Source: a virus. Taken from it: a stretch of 64,000 nucleotides of DNA. Of the stretch, positions 8,211 through 18,621 are shown piece by piece; position 1 is the stretch's first letter, and each line of letters starts with the position of its first letter. A program made the position numbers and the translations under genes. The notes beneath the pieces were generated by a model. It was not told the DNA's origin and ran no database searches. It saw only the letters and a list, made by a program, of their open reading frames with translations. Location: the IMG/VR virus record IMGVR_UViG_3300043449_000692, positions 1 through 64,000 of that record; one strand, written 5' to 3'.

Positions 8211-8444
8211 GTGTCGCAAAGTGGGGCTACATTCTCAAATATTCTCCCAAATCCTCATTCTGGCTGCACCAGTGCGGGTTTCGGTCTAGGCGATGCAATT
8301 TCATCCATTACACACGCTCTAGGCATTCCCGAGTGTGCCTCATGTGGTAAACGGCGAGCGTTCTTTAATCGTTTGCTACGCATCTCCTCTGCATCTACCC
8401 CTCTGGAAGGCTACATAATTTCACAACAGGAGAAACCCCGATGA
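8211..8444 (+). CDS. Small Cys-containing hypothetical protein
   Basis: GLGD...GI..CASCGKRR..FN motif; ATGA overlap with next gene. Confidence 0.55.
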   Translation: MSQSGATFSNILPNPHSGCTSAGFGLGDAISSITHALGIPECASCGKRRAFFNRLLRISSASTPLEGYIISQQEKPR

Positions 8445-8896
8445 ACCCATTCCGCGTAGACCCCAATCCCGATCTGACCCGCACCATCTCTGAAATTGTT
8501 GCTCCAAAAGGCAAGAAGACCCCGAAGGGCGAGCCGAAGGCGACCGACCCCAAAGGTGGCAAGTACGGTGGCAAGGTAGCCGTAGCCGAATCCCACACCC
8601 GCGCCCAATTGGAAAAGTTAAGCACCACCCGTCTGCGTGAACTAAAGAAGAAGTACGAGGCGTTGGTACTGAAGGGTGATCGGGATGCCTCCCGTGAACT
8701 GGCAGACATCCGTGGGATTCTGCGGTCGAAGGGTGCAGGACACGCTCTAGAGGAAGCCTCCGCGTGTGAGCGGGCAGCACTGGCACGGCTGAAAGCCGCC
8801 AATGCCGAAGACCTACAGGACAAGCCAGGTGCGGCAGGAGAAGCCGCCCACAAGCGGCTCCATAAGACCATAGGAAAATTCCTCAAAGGGCAGTGA
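8441..8896 (+). CDS. Hypothetical basic protein
   Basis: AGGAG SD; ORF followed by terminator. Confidence 0.7.
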   Translation: MNPFRVDPNPDLTRTISEIVAPKGKKTPKGEPKATDPKGGKYGGKVAVAESHTRAQLEKLSTTRLRELKKKYEALVLKGDRDASRELADIRGILRSKGAGHALEEASACERAALARLKAANAEDLQDKPGAAGEAAHKRLHKTIGKFLKGQ

Positions 8897-8900
8897 TCCC

Positions 8901-8925
8901 AAACCCCCGCAAGGGGGTTTTTCTT
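8901..8925 (+). terminator. Rho-independent terminator
   Basis: AAACCCCC-GCAA-GGGGGTTT TTCTT. Confidence 0.8.
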
Positions 8926-8929
8926 CAGG

Positions 8930-8936
8930 CTAAATA
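8930..8936 (+). promoter_or_regulatory. T4-like late promoter motif (representative of about 17 copies)
   Basis: CTAAATA. (C/A)TA(A/C/G)ATA also occurs at 618, 1409, 7847, 12054, 19993, 20861, 23200, 28553, 29920, 29932, 30981, 31116, 33063, 37354, 40629, 46674, 54953 and 56171, each upstream of a gene or putative RNA. Confidence 0.75.
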
Positions 8937-8941
8937 AGGGC

Positions 8942-9679
8942 ATGAAGGGATTCCGCCAGTACATCTCCGAGCGTCTTGCCATTGAGGACAACCCCAATGC
9001 GTACTTCCCGCCCACCGAGCGGTACACACCGACCGCAGCGGATCGTGCATGGGATCGCCGCCAGGCGCGCAAGTACGGTGCTGTCATGGCTCGCGCCGCT
9101 GCCCTTGCGATGGCAGCAGCACGGCGCAAGAGCGGTCGCAAAGGGTTCCCGTGGATGGGTGGCGGCAACACGCCAGGCTGGTGGCATCCGCAGCGGGGGT
9201 GGTTCACCTTCTCCCACTCCGAAGACCTGCAACCGCAGTTCCATGTGACGCAGATCGTGAAAGACCCGAAGCGGTTCGGCATCTCCACCGCTGAACTGAA
9301 CAGGGCGTTGGCAGCGGAAGCGCAGTACCTGAACTCGCTGAACCGAAAGTACTACGACAGCGAAGGCACGGACTATCCCTACGATGAGGACTTTACCCGC
9401 GCCGCGATTCTGAACGGCAGCATTGATCTTGCCTACGAGGTGCAGCGTCTGGCGTACAGCAAGGGATGGCTGAAGGTGTACAGCGGCGGCAGATTCGGAG
9501 GATCGCCCACCCTTGAGGGCATGAACAACACCTCCATCCGCGCAGCACTCCGCGAGATCAGCCGCGCTCCTGCCACGCTCAACAGCGCGGACGGCATGGT
9601 GGAGGTGATTCGCGTGGGCGGTGCGCGAGGCACCGAGGTGTACAAGTGGACTCGTCCACGGGAATGGCAGACCGCATGA
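8942..9679 (+). CDS. Putative internal head protein
   Basis: N-terminus MKGFRQYISE resembles T4 capsid-targeting sequence. Confidence 0.7.
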   Translation: MKGFRQYISERLAIEDNPNAYFPPTERYTPTAADRAWDRRQARKYGAVMARAAALAMAAARRKSGRKGFPWMGGGNTPGWWHPQRGWFTFSHSEDLQPQFHVTQIVKDPKRFGISTAELNRALAAEAQYLNSLNRKYYDSEGTDYPYDEDFTRAAILNGSIDLAYEVQRLAYSKGWLKVYSGGRFGGSPTLEGMNNTSIRAALREISRAPATLNSADGMVEVIRVGGARGTEVYKWTRPREWQTA

Positions 9680-10227
9680 GGTCGTTCCGCGACCATCTCC
9701 GCGAAGCCGTGCTTGCACGCAAGCCACTCGTTAAGCGAGCGGGCAAGGTGAAGTCTGATCCTAAAACTGTACAGGCACTGAAAAAAGAGTTTACTCACAA
9801 CGGTGTCACATGGATCAACTACACCGACATTGGACACGACAATCCCATGCCGTGGCTGCTTCAGAAGTGGGGGATGAGTGCCACCGAAACATCACGCGAT
9901 CTCCTGCCGCTGCTGTGGTGGGTGGACAAGAAGGGCAATGTGGTGATTTGGGAGATTCCTCCCGATCAACACGCGGGTGATGTGATCCATGACGAGATTC
10001 CCGAGTACAAGCGCGAGAGCCTGCCCCGCTTCCACGGCATGACGCAGTACCAAGGACGCATTGACCGCATTCGCAAGACCATCACCATGATCTCTGGTGC
10101 AACCGACAGCATACTCGCACAACGCGCACTGCAACGGGGCAAGGGTCGCGTTGCGTCCACGCTGTCACGAATGTTCAAGGGCTACACGATCATTGACCGC
10201 GATGCAGAAGGAGCGATTGAACTATGA
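9676..10227 (+). CDS. Putative internal head protein
   Basis: N-terminus MRSFRDHLRE; ATGA coupling. Confidence 0.7.
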   Translation: MRSFRDHLREAVLARKPLVKRAGKVKSDPKTVQALKKEFTHNGVTWINYTDIGHDNPMPWLLQKWGMSATETSRDLLPLLWWVDKKGNVVIWEIPPDQHAGDVIHDEIPEYKRESLPRFHGMTQYQGRIDRIRKTITMISGATDSILAQRALQRGKGRVASTLSRMFKGYTIIDRDAEGAIEL

Positions 10228-10748
10228 AATCGTTCACCGATCACCTCTGCGAGGGCATGGAACACGGCGACCGCCCGAAGCCGAAGCCCGAGTATTTCAA
10301 GCACCCATTCAGCATCAGCGGCAAGATCGTGCAATTGTATCCCATGTACGGTGTGCCAGTGAAGACGAAGAGTTACATCAGAATACGCTCCTCCATCGGT
10401 GATCGGGAGGGATACGCAGCAGGACAGGCTTCTCCTGGTCAGAAAGCGTATGATGCGAAGATGAGCGTGTGGCGATGGCGCGTTCGCATTCAGACAGATG
10501 AAGGCTGGATGCTCATGGGCTACATCGGCAGCACAAAGACGAAGGAATCGCTGCCGCCCATTCGCTTGGGCGATACCGTTGAAGTCACGAATCTCATTCT
10601 GTCTGTTCGCACAGGCGGAAGCCAGATGACATACGCTGATCCGTTCATCAAGGGCGGCTACAGCACAACTTCAGACAAAGAGGTGGACTACCGCTCCGCG
10701 AAGTTCTCGCGTCAACTCCACGGAAAGGTGAAGCGTAAAGCCGTATGA
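10224..10748 (+). CDS. Putative internal head protein
   Basis: N-terminus MKSFTDHLCE; ATGA coupling. Confidence 0.7.
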   Translation: MKSFTDHLCEGMEHGDRPKPKPEYFKHPFSISGKIVQLYPMYGVPVKTKSYIRIRSSIGDREGYAAGQASPGQKAYDAKMSVWRWRVRIQTDEGWMLMGYIGSTKTKESLPPIRLGDTVEVTNLILSVRTGGSQMTYADPFIKGGYSTTSDKEVDYRSAKFSRQLHGKVKRKAV

Positions 10749-12019
10749 TAGACTTCCGCTCTTATCTGGTCGAACTTTTCGAGCGTCCGTACCCTGTGCG
10801 CGAGTACAAGCGGCTCGGAAGCGGTATTGCCACATTGGAAATCACATACCATGCCCAAGTTGATGGTGGCAAGGACTTGATGATTGACATCACGAACATC
10901 GGCAAGGGATGGGAAATCAACTTCACGCTTGACGGCTCACATGAACTCACTCACGCAGGAAAACCTTATCGCATCTTGGCAACGGTGGTTGCAGCAGTGA
11001 AACTGTTTCTTAAGTGGCATACCGAAGCGTGGGGTGAGTTGCCGAAGCAGTTTGACATGATTTCCAAAACAACCGAAGGCAAGCGCGATGCGGTGTACAC
11101 TGCACTCATGCAACGGTTCGGCAAGGAGTACGGCTACAAGATTGTGAATCGTTCAACCATAAATCGTCAATTCCGTCCCGAAGATCAGCGCACCGTGACC
11201 ACGGCTAAACTGGCAGAGGCTGTTGCTGCTTCCGCCAAGCGCAAGGCTCTCCGTGTATTTGACTTTGATGACACGCTCGTACACACGAACGCGCCTGTGG
11301 GATTGGTGCGTGACGGCAAGCGTGTGCGCGACCTCACCTCTATGCGGTTCCGAGACTACATCTTGCAACCAGGCGAGTCATACGATTTCAGTGCAGCGAA
11401 TGAGGTGATTGATCCGCGACCTATTGGTGCAGTGCTGAAGGTGCTGCGTCAGGTTCTTGCACAGGGCAAGGACACCGTGATCCTCACGGGACGCGCAGAC
11501 GGAGCAGCGGTGCAGCGTTGGTTGAAGACTATCGGTATCACCATTCCCGTGTTCACGGTGGGTCACGCGGATGCCACGCACACATCCATTGCACAGCGAA
11601 AGCGTGACTGGTTGGTTAACGCAATCGAACAGGGCTACAACGACATTGAGTTTTTTGATGACAACGCAAAGAACATTCAGTATGCGAACACACTGAAATC
11701 TGAATTCCCCCACATCAAACTTCGCACCCGATTGGTGAAATACAAGTCCAAGCAGGGAGTGCATGAGGAGCGGGACTACAAAGCCGAATACGCAAAAATG
11801 TACGGTGGCGACAATCCCACTCCAAAGCAACGCCGCGCCATGAAGAAGAAGACTGCGCGAAAGCGTGTGCTTCGGCGCATGGGTCGTGAAGGTCGCTCGA
11901 ATGACGGCAAAGAGATTGACCACAAGAACGGAAACGCACTGGATTCGCGTCCGTCCAACCTGCGATTGGTGGCTCGGCACACCAACAGGTCAAAGGACAA
12001 CAACAAGTGGCGCAAATGA
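10745..12019 (+). CDS. Multidomain protein: unknown domain + HAD phosphatase + HNH
   Basis: MIDFRSYLVE start; VFDFDDTL, ILTGR, K, FFDD HAD motifs; C-terminal IDHKNGN...NLRLV..HTNRS. Confidence 0.8.
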   Translation: MIDFRSYLVELFERPYPVREYKRLGSGIATLEITYHAQVDGGKDLMIDITNIGKGWEINFTLDGSHELTHAGKPYRILATVVAAVKLFLKWHTEAWGELPKQFDMISKTTEGKRDAVYTALMQRFGKEYGYKIVNRSTINRQFRPEDQRTVTTAKLAEAVAASAKRKALRVFDFDDTLVHTNAPVGLVRDGKRVRDLTSMRFRDYILQPGESYDFSAANEVIDPRPIGAVLKVLRQVLAQGKDTVILTGRADGAAVQRWLKTIGITIPVFTVGHADATHTSIAQRKRDWLVNAIEQGYNDIEFFDDNAKNIQYANTLKSEFPHIKLRTRLVKYKSKQGVHEERDYKAEYAKMYGGDNPTPKQRRAMKKKTARKRVLRRMGREGRSNDGKEIDHKNGNALDSRPSNLRLVARHTNRSKDNNKWRK

Positions 12020-12097
12020 AAAATAGAATGCCAACGGCAACCCGCTGGCGTTACTAAATAATGGTACAAGCCAAAACCGCTTACAAGGAGAACTCTT

Positions 12098-12586
12098 ATG
12101 GCATTCACAGCAGGCTCACCCGAACTCGCAAAGGCACTCAAACTGGCATCCATTCTTTCAGCAGTACACCAGACTGGTGCTTCACTGGCAGGATATACGG
12201 GTGCAGTGTTTATCGAAAATCACGCACGGGAACTAGGATTCGGCATCACTGGCATCACTACAGCCGCCGTGTTCCCTGCTTTCGGACAGGCAGGCACCAC
12301 CACGAATGTGGCTGGCGTGCTTGGAGCGGGAAATGGATCGCTCACCGCTGCTTTGCAGAACCCCACTGGTCTGACCCGTGGAATCGGTGGAGTCGTTTTT
12401 GGTCCTCTCGCAGGAACCACAGTGGGAATCTATCTTCACAGATTTGTGCGTGACGGTTCTGATGGCGCGACTGCACAAGCAGGCACCACATTTGAGTCAT
12501 TCCGATCAGGAACCGCTATCAACGGTGGATTCACTGCTTGCGTGTTCTTCGGTGGTGCAATCGGTTCAACTGGAACTGTTTCTTGA
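12098..12586 (+). CDS. Gly/Thr/Ala-rich virion protein
   Basis: Late promoter at 12054, AAGGAG SD, repeated G-x-T motifs. Confidence 0.7.
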   Translation: MAFTAGSPELAKALKLASILSAVHQTGASLAGYTGAVFIENHARELGFGITGITTAAVFPAFGQAGTTTNVAGVLGAGNGSLTAALQNPTGLTRGIGGVVFGPLAGTTVGIYLHRFVRDGSDGATAQAGTTFESFRSGTAINGGFTACVFFGGAIGSTGTVS

Positions 12587-12610
12587 GATAAAAAACAGGA
12601 GAAAAACAAC

Positions 12611-14479
12611 ATGGCTCTACCCAATGACAAGAAAGCCTTACAAGACAGGCTCTCGCGTGTGGCTACTCGCATGGCGCAAAAGTTTGGCGCAAGCGGGTGG
12701 ACGGGTGGAGGTGGTACTGGCGGAATTCCTGTAAGCGTTCTACAGAATCGAATTGCGGGAAAGAAGATTAATATCGACAATCTAGGCAACGAGAATGCTA
12801 ATGCTTTTAGTTTTAGTCTTGTTGATCTAGGGTTGGGAATCACCGCTACCACGAATGATCAATTGATTGTTCGTAACGATGCTTCTTTGCCAAACGGGTT
12901 GTATGGATCTGCTACTCCACTTGTAATGTTGGCTAGACTGAAAGCAGGGCTTGATAGTGTTGATATTCATGTGATCGGTGACTCTAATGCCATGAGTCCA
13001 GGTGCTTACGGATATTCTAAAGGTTTAGCCCGAGGTTTGGTAAACGGAACATCGGCTGGAATGTATGCTACTTCGTTACACCTTCCAGGAGCATCAAGAG
13101 GAATTTCTGGTTCCCCCAACGCTAGTCTTTTTGCTTCTGCTGGATACAGACAAACAGGATCTTTGGGTATGGTGGGTCGTGCAGACCAAGTTGGTCACAC
13201 GATGGACGAAATATACAACGCTCCCGAACAAATTAGATCCTGGTGGGACACCAGAAACTCTTTCGTTGGATTTGGTTACGATTTCCAAGATGTAAGATTA
13301 GGTGATCAACAGGACTACAAGCCAACTCCGATATGGCTTCCTGGTGAAGGTAGAACTTTTGCATACAACGATATCAACGAGATCGCTGAGTTCCGTCCAG
13401 GAAATTCTTCAAACGGAATGGGCTTCGGACTAGACACTGGTTCCACTCTTTCATATCGCATAGTACACACTTTGCTTCCAGGAAATGGAGCATCCGCAGC
13501 ACAGTTGGTGGCTTGGATTGGTGGTGTGTCTGCTGGATATTGCGGATCTAGTGGTATCGCAAACCTTCCTTTTACAGGATACCCTGTTGCTACACACGGA
13601 GCAACATATTTCCCAGATTGCAGCAGTTCTGTAAATAGAGGTGGAACTCTATCTGCTTTTGCTGGATTGAATGGTGTCACAGGAATAACAGTATCAAAAC
13701 TAGTATGGAGAAGTGATTCTACTCGTTATGGAGTAACAATAGGATACAATTGGAACAACAATCAGAGTGGATTTGCAAGGCGCGCCGCTGGACCATTCGC
13801 AGTTTATCTTGAATCAGTTCATTGCAATAAAAAGGGTTGGGCTATTACCCCCATACATGGAGATGGAGGTGCTACCACTGGTGGACTGGCTGAACGATTT
13901 GCTGCATGGGCAACCGAATCATCAAATGGTAACAGCGGACTAAAGACTGTGTTTGAAGAAACTCGTAATCGCCAGATGGAAGCGGGCGGTTCGGGAAATG
14001 TAATAGTTTTCCTGACTAGTGGTGTAAATGATGTTTCTCAATTAGGAGAAAGCACAGCAGTTTCTGTCTATGGAAATCATCTTTCTAGAATGATACTGAC
14101 CTGCAAACAAGCATGGGACTCTCTTGGATATCCAGAAAACGATCTTGCTTTCGTGATCACTGTTACTCATCCGACACAGGATGGAGATGGAAACCTGGAT
14201 CAAATGCGAGTTTCGGGAGTCACCTATGCGACTACACCATCAGACAACAACACCGTATCGCCCTACTCAAATGTCCTGTTTGTAGACATTACAAAACTAG
14301 GGTTGAATGGTATAACATTTGGTGGTTTGTCTGCTGGAAATTCATTTAGTGGTGGAACAAACATGATTGCGAATGATGGATTGACTGTTCACCTTTTCCC
14401 AGGCGACACTGGTGGTTATGCTTATTTGGGTGAATTGCTTGTTCGCCGTTGTTTGGAATATTCTGATATTGCTTACTAA
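12611..14479 (+). CDS. Virion-like protein with SGNH hydrolase motifs
   Basis: IGDSN (block I), GVND (block III), DGLTVH (block V-like). Confidence 0.65.
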   Translation: MALPNDKKALQDRLSRVATRMAQKFGASGWTGGGGTGGIPVSVLQNRIAGKKINIDNLGNENANAFSFSLVDLGLGITATTNDQLIVRNDASLPNGLYGSATPLVMLARLKAGLDSVDIHVIGDSNAMSPGAYGYSKGLARGLVNGTSAGMYATSLHLPGASRGISGSPNASLFASAGYRQTGSLGMVGRADQVGHTMDEIYNAPEQIRSWWDTRNSFVGFGYDFQDVRLGDQQDYKPTPIWLPGEGRTFAYNDINEIAEFRPGNSSNGMGFGLDTGSTLSYRIVHTLLPGNGASAAQLVAWIGGVSAGYCGSSGIANLPFTGYPVATHGATYFPDCSSSVNRGGTLSAFAGLNGVTGITVSKLVWRSDSTRYGVTIGYNWNNNQSGFARRAAGPFAVYLESVHCNKKGWAITPIHGDGGATTGGLAERFAAWATESSNGNSGLKTVFEETRNRQMEAGGSGNVIVFLTSGVNDVSQLGESTAVSVYGNHLSRMILTCKQAWDSLGYPENDLAFVITVTHPTQDGDGNLDQMRVSGVTYATTPSDNNTVSPYSNVLFVDITKLGLNGITFGGLSAGNSFSGGTNMIANDGLTVHLFPGDTGGYAYLGELLVRRCLEYSDIAY

Positions 14480-14490
14480 CAGGAATTAGT

Positions 14491-14973
14491 ATGTCAGAAG
14501 AGTTCGATTTTGGCTTTACAGCGGTAGACGAGGAGGAGTTGGGATTAGCGGCAACGCCCCCAACTCCTCCCGCTCCGTCTGTTTCTCCTGATGCGATTGC
14601 AGCGATCACTGCACAGATTGCTGAACTGAAGGCTGCTGTGATTGCCATGAAGCCAGTGTCACCCACGCAGATGACTCGCGTGGAAGAAAAAATTGACCGT
14701 GTGCTGAACATGGAACTGCACGAACTGAATGCCGCAGTGCAGTCACAAGGCGAAAGCCTGTCCTCGGTGCTGAATGAGGTAGAGGAACGGACGAACGCTA
14801 CGCGGGACGAGTGCAAAGAAAAACTCCAGACCCTTGAGCGGATGATTCTTCCTCTCCTAACTAATCTTATGAAGAATCCCGAGAAGGAATACATTCACTG
14901 GCCCAATCGCAGCGAGAAGATTGCGGCACAGATCGACAAGATCACAGCAATTACACGCAGTTACGGAGTCTGA
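14491..14973 (+). CDS. Conserved T4-like phage hypothetical protein
   Basis: FDFGFTAVDEEEL...ILPLLTNL.KNPEKEYI.WPNR. Confidence 0.75.
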   Translation: MSEEFDFGFTAVDEEELGLAATPPTPPAPSVSPDAIAAITAQIAELKAAVIAMKPVSPTQMTRVEEKIDRVLNMELHELNAAVQSQGESLSSVLNEVEERTNATRDECKEKLQTLERMILPLLTNLMKNPEKEYIHWPNRSEKIAAQIDKITAITRSYGV

Positions 14974-14974
14974 C

Positions 14975-17377
14975 ATGGAAGAACTAGAACCATACAAGAG
15001 CCTACGCACCGTGATCTTTGAGGTGCAGACCGCCACCAAGCCCACGAAGCCTGCGGAGAAGAAGCCATCCTCACAACCCGCACACAAGAGCGGAGAGGTC
15101 TGGAAGACTGCCAGTGGTTCTTTCGGCGCAAAGAACAAGGATGGAGTGGTAGACTATTTTGATTCGGAAGAAAACGCCAAGGCATGGGTCGGTGGGCAGT
15201 TCAAGCCTGCTGGTCGTGTCGAAAAGCCAGGCGACACATCTGTTCCCGTTGAATTGGATCGTGACGGTTACGAAGTTCAGCAAACCGCAGGAGGAAAGCC
15301 AGCGAATGCAAAACCCGCAACAGCCGCAGCAGTCAGACCCGCTCCTCAATCCACAGGAGCCGCCTCTAAAGCGCAAACGCCAACCACTGATACGCAGCGT
15401 CAAGCACAACCGCAAAGTAGCGAAACAGGTGCAGCGGAAACCGAAGAACACCCAGAAGTAGGCAAAGCCAATCCAAAGACCGAGTTTGACCCCCATATCA
15501 AACTTGATCCAAAGGCTACAGAGAAAGCCAAGGCGAAGACAGACATCCGCAAGGCGAATGTGGTTGCAAAGGCGGTGAAGGCTGGCGAATTAGACGGACC
15601 GCAGACTGATGCAGAGTCTGTGTTTGGTGATGCCTCTGCGGAGCAGCGGTTCGTGGAGGAAATGAATCACGCCGCTCTTTCTGCCATGCGTGGAGAAGCG
15701 GCATACGACTTTGAGTTGTGTTCGGAAGTGTTTGCCCACCTTGGTCTGTGCTTTGATCCGAAGACAAAGGAAAAGGTCAGCAAAGGCATTCCACGCGATC
15801 AGATGCCGCAGTTCTCGTCACAGGTTGATCCGTCACGCACGGATTCGCCTGCGTTCATTGCGCTCATGCGCGGCAAGGGCTACACCTCTCCTGATCAGGT
15901 CACAACAGAAGACCTGAAGTCCGAGGTGAACATGGAGCGCGAGTTCCGCAAGGCACTCGAAGACGCAGGCTACGAGATCGCGGACGAAGAGGTGAGCGTG
16001 ACCTCGCTGAAGCCCATTCAAGGACAACTGAAGGGCGAGAAGATTGCGGGAATGTACGGTACGCTTGCTGCTGCACAGAGCGATCCGCAGAACTACGGCA
16101 AGGCAGCAGCGCGTCTGCTTGAACCCATCTATGTGAGCGATGGCTATGTGATTGATGGTCACCACCGTTGGGCAGCACAGGTAGCGATGGATATCGCAAA
16201 CGGAGCGGGTGCAAACGCAACCATGAAGACCCGTACCATCACGAAGAGCGGTAAGTCCGTGCCTGTTGAAGAGATCATTAAGTTCTCGAACAAGTTTCAG
16301 AAAGACATCGGGCTGCTGAGTCAGACACGAGGCGGCGAAACAATTCCAGAGAAGAAACCAACACAGAAGGAATGGACTATGAGCAAGTTTGGAAGCGGTC
16401 GTTTCGGTCGTATCGTGCAGTCACTTCACGAATCAGCGCAGACTCGTCTTGACGAAGGCGCAGTCAAGGCAGCAATGGAAGACTGGTACGAATCACTGCC
16501 CAAAGAAGCAGTACAAGAAATCTACAGATACCGAAAGTACGCTGCTTTTGGACGCGCGCTTGAAGGCGAGATACCTCCTGCATATCGTTCTGTTCTAGGC
16601 GGCAACAGTGTAGAACTTATTACTAGCATTCTTAGAAACCACCGTGTAAAGCCTGGCATCTTTGGAACACTGAAGAAGGCAGCGCAGCACATCAAAGACA
16701 TGGGCTACGAAGATTTCATGGTTCCCATGTTCGACCTCAACGAGGCGGCAAAGCGCAAGTTCGACAGAACTCCCGCACTCGGAACCTTCCGCTCGGGAAT
16801 GCAGATCGACACCGATGATCCGCAGTACTACGCTGGCGCACTGAAGTCGAAGCCTCGCAAAACTGATGCGGCAGGAAACCTACTGAAGACCGCAAAACAG
16901 CAGGACAAGGCTAGTGCGGGCTGGCAGAAGACGCAGCAAACCGTTCAGCAGAACATTGCTACCGCTCAAGACCTGATCGACACCGTAGAGATGAAGCCCG
17001 TGGGAACCACATTCGAAATCTACGGCAAGAAGGGCGGCAAGGAAGCCACCATCAAGGTGAAGAAGGTTATGAAGATGGGAGATGTGGTGTTCATGGTCGG
17101 AACCACGGAGGTGGAACTGTATGCCGCAGGCACGGGTCTTCAGGTGCTGAACAAGAAAACGCGCAAAGCCGTGCTTGACGCTGGTAACGACATGATCTGG
17201 GAGAGCGAAGACTTTACCGATGTGGGTCGGATCGTGATCAACGAAATTCGCAAACTCACGAAGGACGAACTGGCGAAGTTTGATGCAGAGCAGCGCAAGA
17301 AAGTCATGGCTGCAAAGGATGCTGCAATCAACAAGCGTGCTGCTCAAGGTAAGGCTGCTTGGTCTAAAATGAAGTGA
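14975..17377 (+). CDS. Large multidomain protein with ParB/Srx-like domain
   Basis: SLKPIQ...PIYVSDGYVIDGHHRWAA. Confidence 0.7.
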   Translation: MEELEPYKSLRTVIFEVQTATKPTKPAEKKPSSQPAHKSGEVWKTASGSFGAKNKDGVVDYFDSEENAKAWVGGQFKPAGRVEKPGDTSVPVELDRDGYEVQQTAGGKPANAKPATAAAVRPAPQSTGAASKAQTPTTDTQRQAQPQSSETGAAETEEHPEVGKANPKTEFDPHIKLDPKATEKAKAKTDIRKANVVAKAVKAGELDGPQTDAESVFGDASAEQRFVEEMNHAALSAMRGEAAYDFELCSEVFAHLGLCFDPKTKEKVSKGIPRDQMPQFSSQVDPSRTDSPAFIALMRGKGYTSPDQVTTEDLKSEVNMEREFRKALEDAGYEIADEEVSVTSLKPIQGQLKGEKIAGMYGTLAAAQSDPQNYGKAAARLLEPIYVSDGYVIDGHHRWAAQVAMDIANGAGANATMKTRTITKSGKSVPVEEIIKFSNKFQKDIGLLSQTRGGETIPEKKPTQKEWTMSKFGSGRFGRIVQSLHESAQTRLDEGAVKAAMEDWYESLPKEAVQEIYRYRKYAAFGRALEGEIPPAYRSVLGGNSVELITSILRNHRVKPGIFGTLKKAAQHIKDMGYEDFMVPMFDLNEAAKRKFDRTPALGTFRSGMQIDTDDPQYYAGALKSKPRKTDAAGNLLKTAKQQDKASAGWQKTQQTVQQNIATAQDLIDTVEMKPVGTTFEIYGKKGGKEATIKVKKVMKMGDVVFMVGTTEVELYAAGTGLQVLNKKTRKAVLDAGNDMIWESEDFTDVGRIVINEIRKLTKDELAKFDAEQRKKVMAAKDAAINKRAAQGKAAWSKMK

Positions 17378-17385
17378 GGTGACTC

Positions 17386-18621
17386 TTGGCAACCACAGGC
17401 AAGGCTGCTTGGGCAAAATACTTCAACACGGGCAAGAACATTGAAACCGTTCTGAAGAAGCAGTCCAAGATTTTTGATGTTGAAACCGAAAGGGAAATCG
17501 GTAGCCTTGATGTGGGAACCGAGATCGTGTTCATCACCACGAAGGCTTTTGAGAAAAAACCTACGGTCAAAGTTGTAAAGACTAAAAAAGTTGTCCGTGT
17601 CGAGTTTGACAAGATTGCAAAACCTGGTGTTCGATCAAGCACAGCCGCAAGTCTGAAGCCACAGGCATTTGGTGTAAAGGATCAAGAGTATCCGTTCAAG
17701 AGTTATGCCAAACTCATACGCGAAAACATTGAAGAACGAAAAGACCTCAAAGGCGATGTTCGTGCTTATCTGTCTGCTCTGATTGAATACGCAGATGATC
17801 CGTCTGCAAAAAACAAAGCAGCGGTTCAGAAAACCTACAAGGCTGCTGCATCGGTTCCGACAGCAGACATCGTGAAGGATTTCGGAGAGGTGGCTGGACC
17901 GTTTGGTGTATTGAGCGGCAAACTCATCGGTGGTCTATCCGAAGCAAACACGGCAGTGTACATTCCTGCTCGTCCAAACGAGCCGCTGATGGATTACGCT
18001 GTGATCAACACAGCGAAGAAGCGCAAGTATGTGATCTCTGCAAAGTCGGGAACCACATCTAATGTGGTGAAGCCAGCAGACATCATCAACCTCATCAACA
18101 AAGTTCCTTCAAAGAAAACAAAGTGGAGCAGAACCACACAATACAAGGTTCTTGAGATATTGGGTGCAGCAAGCATACTGCACGGACCAGTCCTTGCCGC
18201 TGCATATCTGAACGGTGAAGGATTCAAAGAGTTCGGCGGCATATCACAAAAGGCTGCTGATGATTTCGTGAAAAAGGTAAAGGGTGGTTCTTCCACCGCA
18301 TACGACAAGGCTTTGTTTGCAAAGTTCATTTCAGGAAATGCGTACTTGAAGACAAAGAAGACGCCCACAGCAAACGAAATAATGTACGAGTGTGAAAAAG
18401 CCATAGGTGCGCTGTCGAAGACACCGAAACTCGATTTTACCAAACTATTCCGTGATGCGGTGGACGAACAGGTTTACTACATCAAGTTCGCCATAGATAA
18501 TACTGGCATTCCAGATTTCGATCTCATTGGAGACACGCCTGAAGAACTGAAGGCAACAGTGTTTCTCCGCAGCAAAAACGGATACACACGCGCATCCGAC
18601 AGGATAGGTGTTCAAATATGA
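17386..18621 (+). CDS. Hypothetical protein, possible PD-(D/E)xK nuclease fold
   Basis: DFGEV...PNEPLMDY...ISAKS; TTG start with GAGG SD. Confidence 0.55.
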   Translation: MATTGKAAWAKYFNTGKNIETVLKKQSKIFDVETEREIGSLDVGTEIVFITTKAFEKKPTVKVVKTKKVVRVEFDKIAKPGVRSSTAASLKPQAFGVKDQEYPFKSYAKLIRENIEERKDLKGDVRAYLSALIEYADDPSAKNKAAVQKTYKAAASVPTADIVKDFGEVAGPFGVLSGKLIGGLSEANTAVYIPARPNEPLMDYAVINTAKKRKYVISAKSGTTSNVVKPADIINLINKVPSKKTKWSRTTQYKVLEILGAASILHGPVLAAAYLNGEGFKEFGGISQKAADDFVKKVKGGSSTAYDKALFAKFISGNAYLKTKKTPTANEIMYECEKAIGALSKTPKLDFTKLFRDAVDEQVYYIKFAIDNTGIPDFDLIGDTPEELKATVFLRSKNGYTRASDRIGVQI

